64,000 nt of DNA from an uncultured Chloroflexia bacterium (GTDB lineage Bacteria; Chloroflexota; Limnocylindria; Limnocylindrales; CSP1-4), in contig CAWEZH010000002.1 in assembly GCA_963813535.1 (NCBI GenBank), positions 832,001-896,000 of the forward strand, written 5' to 3'. A program made the translations under genes and the position numbers. Below, one piece after another: positions 10,019-20,532 of this stretch. Numbering within the stretch: position 1 is the stretch's first letter; the number at the start of each line of letters is the position of its first letter. The notes under the pieces are model-generated. The model did no database searches and was not told the DNA's origin. It worked only from the letters and a program-made list of their open reading frames with translations.

Positions 10019-11821
10019 TCAGCGACCGACGAGCGTGATGCCCACCATCCGGTGGTAGTGCGAGACGAACGTGTCGCGGTGCACGACGCGCCCGGAGCCG
10101 TCGCGCACGGTCCGCGTCACCGACACGTCCTTGCCGTCGACCGGGTATTCGATCCGCTTGCGCTCGCCGGGTCGCAGCGATGATGTGTACTGGACGGTGT
10201 CGTAGCCGCCCACCACGTTCGACACCGACGGCCGCGACCAGGTCGTCGTCCGCCCGTTGGGGACGCTCCAGATCTCGAAGCGGACGACGCCCGGCGAGGC
10301 CACCGACTTGATCATCACCGGATGCTTCGTGTCGTTCCTGAAACGCATCGTCTGCGAGTCGGAGACCGTGGCGTCGAGGCCGAGCGGGTAGCGGGTGATG
10401 TAGTACCAGTGCGGTTGCCGGGCGACGACCTGGAGGCCGCCTCGCGCCGCGGCGTTGAACAGCGTCGTCGACGCCGCGCAGATCCCACCGGCCAGCGCGC
10501 GGCCCTCGACCGAATGGCCGCCGACGATCGCCCCGCCCAGCCGGTAGCCGGTGCGGAAACTGACCTCGCCGAGGGCTCGCCAGAAGTCGAACGTCTCACC
10601 GGGCCGGACGACGACACCGTCGAGCCGACGCGCCGGGATCGTGATGTTCGCCGCGAAGCCGTTGTGGGCACTGACCTGGTAGTACGTCGTCCATGACCCG
10701 ACGCGCTCGACGAGCGGCGCCTTCCTGGTCGCCTCGCCGGTCGTCAGGTCGGGTCCGACCGCCTTGGTCGCCACGCTCACCTTGGCGGGCGTCGAGGCGC
10801 CCGTCGCACGCCCGTCGAGGATGCTGACGATGCTGTCGACCGTGGCCTCGACGTCGAGCGCGCGACCCGCGGATGAAGGACTGACCCCGAAGATCCGCCC
10901 GCCACGGTCGCGCAGGAAGGTGGCGTTGGTCGGCTTGATCGCGACGTGCTTCTTGATGTTCCTGAGGATCGACGGGACCTTGCCCGTGTCGAGGACCGGC
11001 GCGAAATCAGCGCCGCTCCCCTCGAAATGCATCCAGCGCGTGATGACATTCGTGCCGATCGTCCAGCTCCGGGACTTCGTCTTGAGGTGGATCGGTGCGG
11101 ACAGGCGCTCGGCAAGGCCGACCGCCCGCACGACATCCGTGTCGGAGGTGGCGGGCAGGATCGCGACCGAGTCGGCCTCGTAGCGGATGACCGACGGGGT
11201 GGCCGGGTCGCGCAATGCCGTGTCGATCAGGGAAAACACCCGGGTGGTGTCGACGCCGACGCCCTCGTGCGCGGGCATCGTGACCAGCTGTCCGTGGCTA
11301 ACCCGGACCGTGGCATCCGTCGCGGGCCGGCGCCCGAGCATCTCGAACTCCGCGAGCTTCGCCGCGAGCGCCGGGCGCGAGAAGCCGATCCGGATCGGCA
11401 GCGACGCGGGGCGGAGCAGACCCTGGATGCCGGTGAGGGCGACGTCGAACGTCGTCCCGTCGCGACCGTGTGTGAGCGCGTCGGTCAACATGCCGTCCGC
11501 ATCGATGACCCGGCGCACCTCGGCGTAGCGGATGACATCCGTCGTCTTGCTCGACACGAGCTCGATCTGGCCGTCCTCGAGCGCGCCGAGCGAGGTCTCG
11601 ATCGCCGATCGTGCCTCGGCCTCGGTCATGCCGCCGACCGCCACGCCCCCGACGACCACGCCGGGCAGCACCCGACCGCTGTACGACTGTGTGAAGGCGA
11701 CCAGCCCGCCCAACGCGAGTGCGACCGCGAACAGCGCGACGAGCGTGACGCGGCGGATGACACGTCCAGGGCTGCGCTCCAGGACGCGTGGTGTCGTCGC
11801 GACGGGCTGTGTGGCGGCCAT
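10019..11821 (-). CDS. VanW family cell-surface protein (PG-binding and G5-like domains)
   Basis: N-terminal TM; PGETFDF, GGICAASTTLFNAA, RQPH...RYPLGLDATV, FRND. Confidence 0.88.
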   Translation of the reverse strand: MAATQPVATTPRVLERSPGRVIRRVTLVALFAVALALGGLVAFTQSYSGRVLPGVVVGGVAVGGMTEAEARSAIETSLGALEDGQIELVSSKTTDVIRYAEVRRVIDADGMLTDALTHGRDGTTFDVALTGIQGLLRPASLPIRIGFSRPALAAKLAEFEMLGRRPATDATVRVSHGQLVTMPAHEGVGVDTTRVFSLIDTALRDPATPSVIRYEADSVAILPATSDTDVVRAVGLAERLSAPIHLKTKSRSWTIGTNVITRWMHFEGSGADFAPVLDTGKVPSILRNIKKHVAIKPTNATFLRDRGGRIFGVSPSSAGRALDVEATVDSIVSILDGRATGASTPAKVSVATKAVGPDLTTGEATRKAPLVERVGSWTTYYQVSAHNGFAANITIPARRLDGVVVRPGETFDFWRALGEVSFRTGYRLGGAIVGGHSVEGRALAGGICAASTTLFNAAARGGLQVVARQPHWYYITRYPLGLDATVSDSQTMRFRNDTKHPVMIKSVASPGVVRFEIWSVPNGRTTTWSRPSVSNVVGGYDTVQYTSSLRPGERKRIEYPVDGKDVSVTRTVRDGSGRVVHRDTFVSHYHRMVGITLVGR

Positions 11822-11948
11822 TCCGTTGATCACCCCGAGCGGACGTCGGGCTGACCCCGTCGTCGAGGCAGGGAGACTACGACACCACCGTCACGGTGGG
11901 AAGGGGGTCGTCTGGGCTAGTCGGGTCCGGTCCCTCGAGCTCCGCTGC

Positions 11949-12848
11949 CTACTGCGCGAAGGTGTCGCAGTCGTCCGAATTGCCACTCCGGTAGCCCGTG
12001 GTGAACCAGGTGACCCGCTGCTCGGCCGAGCCGTGGGTCCAGCTCTCCGGGTTGATCCGGCCGCTCGTCGACTGCTGGATGCGATCGTCGCCGACGGCCG
12101 ACGCCGCGCTGAGGGCCTCGTCGATGTCGCCTGGCTGGAGGTCGCTCGACGCCGAGTTCGCCCACACGCCCGCCAGGCAGTCGGCCTGCAGCTCCTGGCG
12201 CACCGACAGCGAGTTCCGCTGGCCCGGGTCCTGCGCCGACACCTGCTGGACCTGCTCCGAGATGCCGAGGACCGTCTGGATGTGGTGACCGAACTCGTGG
12301 GCCACGACATAGGCCATCGCGAAGTCGCCGCCCTGGGCGCCGAAGCGGGACTGCAGCTCGTCGAAGAAGCCGAGATCGAGGTAGACCTTCTTGTCGGCGG
12401 GGCAGTAGAACGGGCCGGTCGCGGCGGATGCCGGTCCGCAGGCGGACTGCGTGGCGCCGTCGAACAGGACGAGCTTGGTCTCCGGATAGTCCCGACCGGC
12501 CGCGCTGAACGTCGACGCCCAGAACGTCTGGATGCTGTCGACGGTGTAGGACAGCTGCTCATCGGTCTCGCTCTGGGGGTTCAGCGTGCCGCCCGGCTCG
12601 ACGGCGCCACCACCGGTGGTCAGGCCGCCCAGACCCGGGATCGAGCCACTCCCGCCGAGCACACCGCTGAACAGCAGGAACAGGACGACCAGCACGATGA
12701 TCCCGCCGAGCCCACCGCCGGCCTTGCCGCCGGGGATCGGGATGGGGATGCCCATGCCGCCGCCCCCACCGGGCAGACCGACGCCCCCGCCGCCCTGCCC
12801 GCGGCGGTCCTCGATCTGGTCGAACCCGGTGTTGCGCTTCCATTTCAT
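11949..12848 (-). CDS. Neutral zinc metallopeptidase (YpfJ-like)
   Basis: EDRRG, GPFYCPAD, AHEFGHH, ELQADC, THGS. Confidence 0.93.
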   Translation of the reverse strand: MKWKRNTGFDQIEDRRGQGGGGVGLPGGGGGMGIPIPIPGGKAGGGLGGIIVLVVLFLLFSGVLGGSGSIPGLGGLTTGGGAVEPGGTLNPQSETDEQLSYTVDSIQTFWASTFSAAGRDYPETKLVLFDGATQSACGPASAATGPFYCPADKKVYLDLGFFDELQSRFGAQGGDFAMAYVVAHEFGHHIQTVLGISEQVQQVSAQDPGQRNSLSVRQELQADCLAGVWANSASSDLQPGDIDEALSAASAVGDDRIQQSTSGRINPESWTHGSAEQRVTWFTTGYRSGNSDDCDTFAQ

Positions 12849-12955
12849 GGTGAGGATCGCCTCGCTTCGTGTGCGCGGCAGCATACGGCGAGACGTAGGA
12901 GCCAGACGTCGCGGCGAGGGTCAGACGCCTTGCAGACGCATCGTCGGACGAAGCG

Positions 12956-13471
12956 TCAGACGACCTCGTCCAGACGCCCGGTCGACACATCGAACACGAG
13001 ACCGTGGATCGGCACGCGCCGCAGATAGGGGTGCTCGCGGAGGATCGCGACCTGGCGGCGGACGTTCGCCTCGAGGTCGGCGAAGCCACCGAACGCCACG
13101 CCGACCTCCTGCGCCGGCAGACCGCTGTGCGACGCGACCCGGGAGCGGAGCTCCTCCTCGTCGACGCCATGCAGGCCGCAGTGCGTGTGCTCGATCAGCA
13201 CGATCTCCTCGGTGCCGAGCAGATCCATGCTCACGACCAAGGAGCGGATGACGTCGTCGGTCACGAGGCCGCCGGCGTTCCGGATGATGTGTGCGTCGCC
13301 GGTGTGCAGGCCGAGCGTCTCCTCGACGTCGAGGCGAGCGTCCATGCAGGCGATCACCGCCAGCTTCGAGAGCGGCATCGCGGTCAGCGCCGACCGGTCG
13401 AACGACTCCGTGTAGCGGCGGTTCTCGGCGAGCAGGCGCGCGTATTCGGCACTGCGATCCGCGTCGGTCAT
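12956..13471 (-). CDS. Beta-class carbonic anhydrase
   Basis: CMDAR, IRNAGG, HTHCG zinc ligands. Confidence 0.93.
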   Translation of the reverse strand: MTDADRSAEYARLLAENRRYTESFDRSALTAMPLSKLAVIACMDARLDVEETLGLHTGDAHIIRNAGGLVTDDVIRSLVVSMDLLGTEEIVLIEHTHCGLHGVDEEELRSRVASHSGLPAQEVGVAFGGFADLEANVRRQVAILREHPYLRRVPIHGLVFDVSTGRLDEVV

Positions 13472-13484
13472 CGCACGCGTTCTG

Positions 13485-15498
13485 CTAGGTCGTCCGATCC
13501 TGACCGTACATCTCGAGGAGCTCGCCGATCGTCAGCTGACCGTACTGGGCGTCGAGACCGTCGCGCGCGATGCGCCACATCGTCCGCAGCGGTCGTGGCC
13601 CCGACCGGTCCAGCTCCGCCAGACGGACGGCCCCGAAGCGCTCGATGCCCGGGACCGCCCGCAGGTCCGTGGCCAGCCGCCGCGCGGCGTCGTCGACGGT
13701 CGTCTCGCGAGTGATCCCGGCCGAAGCGGGAACCGCCGGCGAGGTCGTCCTGGCCGGTCGGGCCGGGCCCGCCGCCGTGTCGGTCCGTGGAGGCGAAGCC
13801 GTCGCCGAGGCGGCACGGATCGCCTCGTCCGCCTGTTCCAGCGCCTCATCGATCTGTTCGCGGCTCTCGAACCGGGGCGCGGCGCCCGGCGTCGTCAGGT
13901 CGACGGTCGCTGGGGGCGTGCCGCGCGACGTGGCGCCGGCGGGCCGGCGCTGCACGGGCGGCGTCGGCTCGGCGGCGGACGCGGTCGTTCCCGTGGTTGC
14001 GCTCGCCTGTGCGGAGCTCGGTGCGGGCCCGGTCTGACGGCCACCGCCCCGAGAGCCGGTCGGACGCGTGCGTCCACCCGACCCGCCCGAACCCGAGTCG
14101 GAGGCTCCGCCACCTCCCGTGGCGCCACCCATCGCCTGGCTGAGCATGGCCGGGATGTCGATCCCGGTCAGGCCCTTCACGGTCGTTCCGGCCTCGGTCA
14201 CCGTCCGGGTCACGTTGCGGACGACGTCGGATGCGCCCTCGTTCGACAGGACGGTCAGGTTGTCGATGTTGCCCATGGGCTCGGCTGCGGCACGGACGAT
14301 CTCCGGCAGCTGCGACAGCACGGTCTGGATGATCGCCGCCTCGTTGAACTGGCGGTAGGCGTCGGCCCGGAGCGCAAGCGCCTTCGCCTCCGCTTCGCCC
14401 TTCGACAGGACGATACCCGCCTCCGCATTGCCCTCGAGCGTGGTCTGCTTGGCCGTCGCCTCGGCGGTGACCTCGACCACGCGGGCCTGCGCCTCGCCGG
14501 CAAGCTTTACTCGCTCGGCGTCGGCCTGGGCGGCCGCGATCCGAGCCTGCTTGTCACCCTCGGCGCGCCGGATCTGCGCCTCGGCCTCGGCCTCGGCCGG
14601 ACGGACCGTGCTGGTGAGCAGCTCCTTCTGCGTGCGCGCCGCCTCGAGCTCGGCGAGCTCGGTCTGCTTGCGGGTCACTTCCTGGGTCGCCTCGGCCTCG
14701 GCGAGCGGGCCGGCCTGCGCGGCACGGGCGTTGGCGGCCGCGGTCTGCGTCTCGGTCTCGGCTCGGCGGAGGGATACGTCCCGCGCGGCGTTGATCTTGA
14801 TCTGCTCGGCCTCGGCCTCGCGGACGGCGGCCTCCTGATCGGCGGCGGCCTTGGCCATGCGCGCGTCGCGCTCGCGGCGGGCGGTCTCCTGCTGGCCGAT
14901 CAGCTCCATGTAGCCGGACTCGTCACGGATGGCCTGGATCGTGAACGAATTCGATCTGGAGGCCCGACGTCGCGAGGTCGCCCTTGGCGGCGTCCTGCAC
15001 GGCCTGCTGGAACTTCTGCCGGTCGAGGTTGAGCTCCTCCACGGTCAGCGTGCCGACGATCGATCGCAGCGAGCCCTCGAGCACGTTCTTGACGATCGAG
15101 TCGACTTGCTCCTCCTGCGCGTCGAGGAAGCGCTCGGCGGCGTTGCGGATCGATTCGTCGTCGGCGCCGATCTTGAAGGTCGCGACGCCCTGGACCGCCA
15201 CCTTGATGCCTTGCCGGCTGACGGCATCGGCGAGGTTCACGTTGATCTGGCGGGCGGTCAGCTTGAGCTTGCCCACCTTGTGGATGAGGGGCAGCACGAT
15301 GACACCGCCGCCGCGCACGACCTTCAGGTTGCGTCGCCCGTCGGGACCGCGGTCGCGCTGCCCCGACACGATGAGTGCCTCGTTGGCGCCGGCGACCTTA
15401 TATCGACTGCCGATGTACGAGACGATCAGGACCGCGACGATGATGATCAGGAAGATCGGGATCACGCCGGTCCCGATGAAGCTAATGATCTGATCCAT
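13485..15498 (-). pseudogene. Flotillin/SPFH protein split by a 1-bp insertion at about 14950 (pseudogene or sequence error)
   Basis: SPFH N-part (AAERFL, LEGSLRSIVGTLTVEE) ends at 14923; removing one A restores LQIDSFTIQAIRDESGYMELIG into the AEA-rich coiled-coil ORF 13485-14909. Confidence 0.85.
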
Positions 15499-15504
15499 CG
15501 CCGC

Positions 15505-16044
15505 TCACTCCTTGCTTGCCGTCACGCCCGCGGGCGACATTGGTTCGACGATGAGCCCGGAGCCGGCGACACCACTCACCCGAGCGACCGTGCCGACGCC
15601 GATGTCCACCGATGCTGTCGCGCTGAACTCGTGGGTCTGGCCCTCCGCCTTGACCAGCACGCTGCCGTAGCGGCCGGCCGGGATCGACACCTGGACGTAC
15701 GCGTCCCGACCGACGAGGTCGGCGGTCGAGAAGGGCGCTTCTGCCTCGGCTCGCCGCAGCGTGCTGAAGATCAGGTAGGCGATCGCGAGACCCGCCAGGC
15801 CGAAGCCGAGACCCCAGATCGCCGCCTGGCCGCCATGCACGTCGAGGACCTGCGTCGCGAACAGGCCGCCAACGCCGAACATCGAGACGAACGACAGTAG
15901 CAACGGCATGAGCGAGACGCCGCCGACATCGAAGTCGAAGGCGGCGCCGAGGATGTCGTCGACGAGGACCGTGATCAGCAGCAGCCCGCCGCCGATCAGC
16001 GCGCAGACGACGAAGATGAAGTCCTCGACCGGGATGCCGATCAT
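15505..16044 (-). CDS. NfeD-like membrane protein (flotillin partner)
   Basis: Three TM helices plus C-terminal OB-like LVGRDAYVQVSIP...GSV; directly upstream of the SPFH gene. Confidence 0.8.
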   Translation of the reverse strand: MIGIPVEDFIFVVCALIGGGLLLITVLVDDILGAAFDFDVGGVSLMPLLLSFVSMFGVGGLFATQVLDVHGGQAAIWGLGFGLAGLAIAYLIFSTLRRAEAEAPFSTADLVGRDAYVQVSIPAGRYGSVLVKAEGQTHEFSATASVDIGVGTVARVSGVAGSGLIVEPMSPAGVTASKE

Positions 16045-16156
16045 CTGGGCTCGGGGGCCTCCCCTCCTCCGCCGCGAACGCGTCGGGAGGACAGGATAGC
16101 GACTGGCGCGCCGGTGGCGAGGGGGTTCCGGCCGCGGCGGGACTCCGGTTCGGGCC

Positions 16157-16654
16157 CTAGCCGGACGGCCCGAACAGGACCGTCAGCCAGCGTTCCAGCG
16201 GCGCGACGTTCTCGCTCTCGGCGCCCAGGCGGACGGCGGCCGAACCTGGGGCGTCGACGGCGAGTGGCGGTGCGTCGGGCGCGAGCGTGAACGAGATCTC
16301 GTCCGCGCCACCGACACCGTGGCCCCGGGCCTGCTGTTCGACGAACCGCTGCCGGCCGATCGCTTCGAGCTCGCGCTCCATGGCGGCGACCTCGAGACGG
16401 AGCGTGGCGTTGCCCGTCGCGATGTCCCCTGCTCTGGTCGACGCGTCGGACGCCTCGGCCACCTGGCGGGCGAAGGCGATGACGATCCACGCGGCAAGCA
16501 TCGCGCTGGCGATCATCGCCATGCGACGACGGGTCAGCCCGACGATCGGCAGGGCGGTGAGGTCGACCGCGGGTCGCCCGGTGCCCGCGGCGACGGCGGG
16601 GTCGAGGTCGTCGGCGGCGTCGTCGAGCGGCTCGTGGTCGATCGGGCGCGACAT
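16157..16654 (-). CDS. Septum formation initiator (FtsB/DivIC-like)
   Basis: Single TM, coiled coil, FVEQQARGHGVGGADEI pattern; leaderless promoter before the ATG. Confidence 0.7.
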   Translation of the reverse strand: MSRPIDHEPLDDAADDLDPAVAAGTGRPAVDLTALPIVGLTRRRMAMIASAMLAAWIVIAFARQVAEASDASTRAGDIATGNATLRLEVAAMERELEAIGRQRFVEQQARGHGVGGADEISFTLAPDAPPLAVDAPGSAAVRLGAESENVAPLERWLTVLFGPSG

Positions 16655-16661
16655 CGGCGGG

Positions 16662-16690
16662 AGCGTAGCTACGCCTAGCTGCGGTGTCAA
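16662..16690 (-). promoter_or_regulatory. Sigma70-type leaderless promoter of the FtsB-like gene
   Basis: TTGACA-N17-TACGCT, 7 nt before ATG 16654. Confidence 0.75.
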
Positions 16691-16757
16691 CCGGGATGGG
16701 CGTGACAGACAACCTGTCAACCGTGCGGTTGACGCTCCGTCTAGACTGCCTCCATTC

Positions 16758-16771
16758 CGAACAGGTGTTCT
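16758..16771. promoter_or_regulatory. LexA (SOS) box, Gram-positive/Chloroflexota type
   Basis: CGAAC-AGGT-GTTCT between -10 TAGACT (16742) and the helicase ATG. Confidence 0.75.
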
Positions 16772-16791
16772 GAAAGCGGAGTTGCTCGCCG

Positions 16792-19095
16792 ATGCGAACG
16801 TATGCCCCCGCCGACCCCTCGACCGTCCTCGACCGCCTCCTCGAGGAGCCGTCACTCGTGCGTGGCGTCGTCCACCATGAGGTCATCCCGGCGCGCGAGG
16901 CGACCTTCGCCGACATGCCCGGATGGTTGGACCCGCGCATCGTCGCCGGACTCGCCAGCCGCGGGATCGAGCGGCTGTACACCCATCAGGCCGAAGCCAT
17001 CGAATCCATCCACGCCGGTCAGGATGTCGTCGTCGTCACGCCGACGGCCTCGGGCAAGACGCTGTGCTATGCCCTCCCCGCGCTGCAGGCGATCGCCGAC
17101 GACCCGGCTGCTCGCGCCTTGTTCCTCTTCCCCACCAAGGCGCTCGGCCAGGACCAGGTGACGGAGTTCGGCGAGCTCGCCGCATCGGCCGACCTGTCGA
17201 TCATCACCTCGACGTATGACGGGGACACGCCCGCGCCGATCCGCTCGACCGTCCGGGCAGCCGGACAGGTGGTCGTGACCAACCCGGACATGCTCCACTC
17301 GGCGATCCTGCCCCACCACACGAAGTGGTTCCAGCTGTTCGAGCAGCTCCAGCTCATCGTCGTCGACGAGCTGCACACCTATCGCGGCGTGTTCGGTAGT
17401 CACGTCGCCAACGTGCTGCGGCGGCTTATGCGCATCTGCGCGCACTACGGCTCCAAGCCGGTGATCGTGTGCTGCTCGGCGACGATCGGCAACCCAGCCG
17501 AGCTGGCGGCGATGCTGACCGGCCGTCCGGCACGTCTCGTCGACCGGAACGGCGCCCCGGCCGGCCAGCGACACGTCCTGCTGGTCGACCCACCGGTGAT
17601 GGAACCGGCCAGCGGCGCGCGAAGCTCGGCGGCCACCCTGGCCCAGCGCTGGGCGCTGCCGTTCCTGCGCGCCGGGCGCCAGACCATCGTCTTCGGGCGG
17701 TCCCGCGTCGCGGTCGAGATCCTGCTGACCGGGCTGCGCGAGGCGCTCCGCGAGAGCTACGGGCCACGCAGTCGCGTCCGCGGCTACCGCGGCGGCTACC
17801 TGCCGACGGAACGCCGCTCGATCGAACGCGGGCTGCGCGACGGCGAGATCCTCGGCGTCGTCTCGACCAACGCCCTCGAGCTCGGCGTCGACATCGGTCG
17901 CCTCGACGTGGCGATCCTCGCGGGCTACCCGGGCTCGGTCGCCGCGACCTGGCAGCAGTTCGGTCGCGCCGGCCGGCGGCAAGGCACCAGCGTCGCGATC
18001 CTTGTCGCCTCGGGCGCGCCCGTCGACCAGTACGTCATCCATCACCCCGAGTTCCTCCTGGACAACACGCCGGAGGAGGCGCGTCTCGATCCGGACAACC
18101 TCCACGTCCTGCTCGCCCACCTGCGCGCTGCGACGTTCGAGCTGCCGTTCGAGCCGGGCGAGGTCTTCGGTCCCTCGCCGGCCGACGATCTCCTCGCGTT
18201 CCTCGGCGAGGAGCGCCAGGTCCGCCAGGCCGCCGACGGCCGCTGGTACTGGTCGAGCGAGAACTTCCCCGCCTCGGAGATCTCGTTGCGGACTGCGGCG
18301 CCCGAGAACGTCGTGATCATCGATACGACCCCGGACCGCCCGCGCGTCCTGGGCGAGGTCGACCTGTTCAGCGCCCAGGTGCTCGTCCACGAGCGGGCCA
18401 TCTATATCCACGAGTCAGTCCAGTACTACGTTGACCGCCTCGAATGGCACGAGCGCAAGGCCTACGTCCACAAGATCGACGCCGACCACTACACGTACGC
18501 CAATCGCGCCGTGACGCTGAAGCCGCTCGAGGTGTTCGCGGAGGAGCCGGCCACCGGCGGCCACCGCAAGCACGGCGAAGTGATGGTCGCGAGCCTCGTG
18601 ACCCTCTTCAAGAAGCTCAAGTTCGTGACCGACGAGAACGTCGGCTGGGGGCCGATCGACCTGCCCGAGCTCGAGCTCCAGACGACGGCCTACTGGCTGA
18701 CCGCGGACCGGGCGCGGGATCACTGGCGGCGTGACGACCTCGATATCGCGCTGCTCGGCGCGGGCCGTGCGATCCAGACGATCGCATCGGTGCTGCTGAT
18801 GGTCGACCCGCGGGACCTCGGCCTCGTCACGCAGGTCCGCTCGCCACATGCCGAGGAACCGACGATCTACCTCTATGAGGCGGTCCCCGGCGGGATCGGT
18901 CTGTCGGAGCGGCTGTGGCAGCGCCACGACGAGCTGCTGGCCGGAGCGGCCGACCTCATCGCCGCGTGCGACTGCGACGGCGGCTGCCCGTCGTGTACGG
19001 GGCCGCGGCTCGAGCCGAACGTCGATGCGCGCCGCCTCGCCTTGCGACTCCTGTCGGAGCTCGGGGCGGGCGCCCGGCTCGCGGCAGCGGGATGA
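16792..19095 (+). CDS. mrfA: DEAH-box helicase with DUF1998 (MrfA/SftH/Hrq1-like)
   Basis: LYTHQ, TASGKT, DELH, SAT, ALELGVDIG, GRAGR; C-terminal CDCDGGCPSC. Confidence 0.9.
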   Translation: MRTYAPADPSTVLDRLLEEPSLVRGVVHHEVIPAREATFADMPGWLDPRIVAGLASRGIERLYTHQAEAIESIHAGQDVVVVTPTASGKTLCYALPALQAIADDPAARALFLFPTKALGQDQVTEFGELAASADLSIITSTYDGDTPAPIRSTVRAAGQVVVTNPDMLHSAILPHHTKWFQLFEQLQLIVVDELHTYRGVFGSHVANVLRRLMRICAHYGSKPVIVCCSATIGNPAELAAMLTGRPARLVDRNGAPAGQRHVLLVDPPVMEPASGARSSAATLAQRWALPFLRAGRQTIVFGRSRVAVEILLTGLREALRESYGPRSRVRGYRGGYLPTERRSIERGLRDGEILGVVSTNALELGVDIGRLDVAILAGYPGSVAATWQQFGRAGRRQGTSVAILVASGAPVDQYVIHHPEFLLDNTPEEARLDPDNLHVLLAHLRAATFELPFEPGEVFGPSPADDLLAFLGEERQVRQAADGRWYWSSENFPASEISLRTAAPENVVIIDTTPDRPRVLGEVDLFSAQVLVHERAIYIHESVQYYVDRLEWHERKAYVHKIDADHYTYANRAVTLKPLEVFAEEPATGGHRKHGEVMVASLVTLFKKLKFVTDENVGWGPIDLPELELQTTAYWLTADRARDHWRRDDLDIALLGAGRAIQTIASVLLMVDPRDLGLVTQVRSPHAEEPTIYLYEAVPGGIGLSERLWQRHDELLAGAADLIAACDCDGGCPSCTGPRLEPNVDARRLALRLLSELGAGARLAAAG

Positions 19096-20507
19096 CCACG
19101 GCGTCTGCTGCCCCATCGAGCGATCGACTCGCCCGCCGGCTTGCCCGCTTTCGTGCCGCCAACGCTGGACCCGGCACGGTCGGCGACCCGCTGCCGTATC
19201 GGCCCAGCGCGAGTCGCGACCTCGCCACCCGGCTGGCGGCAGCGGTGGGCGGCGAGGTGATCGACGGGCCGGCCGGCGTCCATGTCCGGGTCGAGGGCGA
19301 TGCGGTCGACCTGCCGGTCGACCGCCGTCGACTCGCGGCGCTCCCCGGGCAGCCGCCCCCCGACCGACCGCTCGTCTGCCTCGACACCGAGACGACGGGT
19401 CTGGCGACGGCCGCGGGGACCGTGGCCTTCCTGATCGGCCTTGGCTGGTGGACGGGTGACACGTTCCGTCAGGTCCAGCTGCTGCTGCCGGACCACGGCG
19501 AGGAGGGCGGGCTGCTCGAGGAAGTCGGCCGGCACCTTCCTCGTGATGCCTGGCTCGTGACCTACAACGGCCGCGGGTTCGACTGGCCGCTCCTCGTGAC
19601 CCGCTACCGGATGGCTCGTCGCGCCGCTCCCGAGGTCGCCGGTCACCTCGACCTGCTGCCACTCGTCCGGCGGCTCTTCCGACACCGAATGGACGATGCG
19701 CGGCTCGGGACGGTCGAGCGGATGCTGCTCGGGGTGCAGCGCCACGACGACGTCGACGGGTGGGAGATCCCGGGCCGGTACCTCGGGTTCCTGCGCGGCG
19801 GCCCTGCGCAACCGCTGGCGGCGGTCGTCCGCCACAACGACGAGGACGTTCGCTCGCTCGCGCGGCTGCTTGCCCATGTGGAGCAGCGGTTGGGGGATCC
19901 CGCCACACGGACGACCGCCCCCCGCGGCGACCTCGCCGGGCTGGCCCGGGCGTTCCGGCGCGAGCGTCGGTTCGAGGAGGCGGTCGACTGCCTCGACGCG
20001 GCGCTTGCCGCCGACCCGTCTCCGCCGACCCCGCCGTCTCCGCCATCCACGGCACGCGACGGGACCGGGGTGGCGCAGTCCTACCCTCAGGAGGAACCGT
20101 GGTGGTCGCCACGTCGACGCGCCGACTTCGGCGGCCGGCCGGAGACGCGACGATCGTCCGGTGGCTGGGATCGACGGGAGGCCTTCGCCCGTCCCTGGGA
20201 CGAGGCCCGTATCGCCGCCGACCGCGCGCACTTGCTGCGGCGACTCGGACGGATCCACGAGGCCCTCGAGGCATGGGATGCGATCGCCTGCGGCCCGGGG
20301 CGGACCGCGGTCGTCGCCACGATCGAGGCGGCCAAGCTGCGCGAACATCGCGTGGGTGACGTGATGGCCGCGATGGCCACCGTCGAGCGCGGTCTGGCCC
20401 TCGCCGACCGCCGCCGCGCGCGTGGCCTGCCCGAGCCCGCCCTCGAAGCCGACCTGCGGCACCGGTGGCGACGTCTCCGGGCGCGCCGGTCGAGGGTCGC
20501 CGCCTGA
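19092..20507 (+). CDS. mrfB: RNase H-like DEDD exonuclease (MrfB/YprB-like)
   Basis: LDTETTGL, TYNGRGFDWP, HLDLL, HNDED; ATGA-coupled to the helicase. Confidence 0.85.
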   Translation: MTTASAAPSSDRLARRLARFRAANAGPGTVGDPLPYRPSASRDLATRLAAAVGGEVIDGPAGVHVRVEGDAVDLPVDRRRLAALPGQPPPDRPLVCLDTETTGLATAAGTVAFLIGLGWWTGDTFRQVQLLLPDHGEEGGLLEEVGRHLPRDAWLVTYNGRGFDWPLLVTRYRMARRAAPEVAGHLDLLPLVRRLFRHRMDDARLGTVERMLLGVQRHDDVDGWEIPGRYLGFLRGGPAQPLAAVVRHNDEDVRSLARLLAHVEQRLGDPATRTTAPRGDLAGLARAFRRERRFEEAVDCLDAALAADPSPPTPPSPPSTARDGTGVAQSYPQEEPWWSPRRRADFGGRPETRRSSGGWDRREAFARPWDEARIAADRAHLLRRLGRIHEALEAWDAIACGPGRTAVVATIEAAKLREHRVGDVMAAMATVERGLALADRRRARGLPEPALEADLRHRWRRLRARRSRVAA

Positions 20508-20532
20508 GCCGTCCGGTCGGAGAGGCTCTCGG

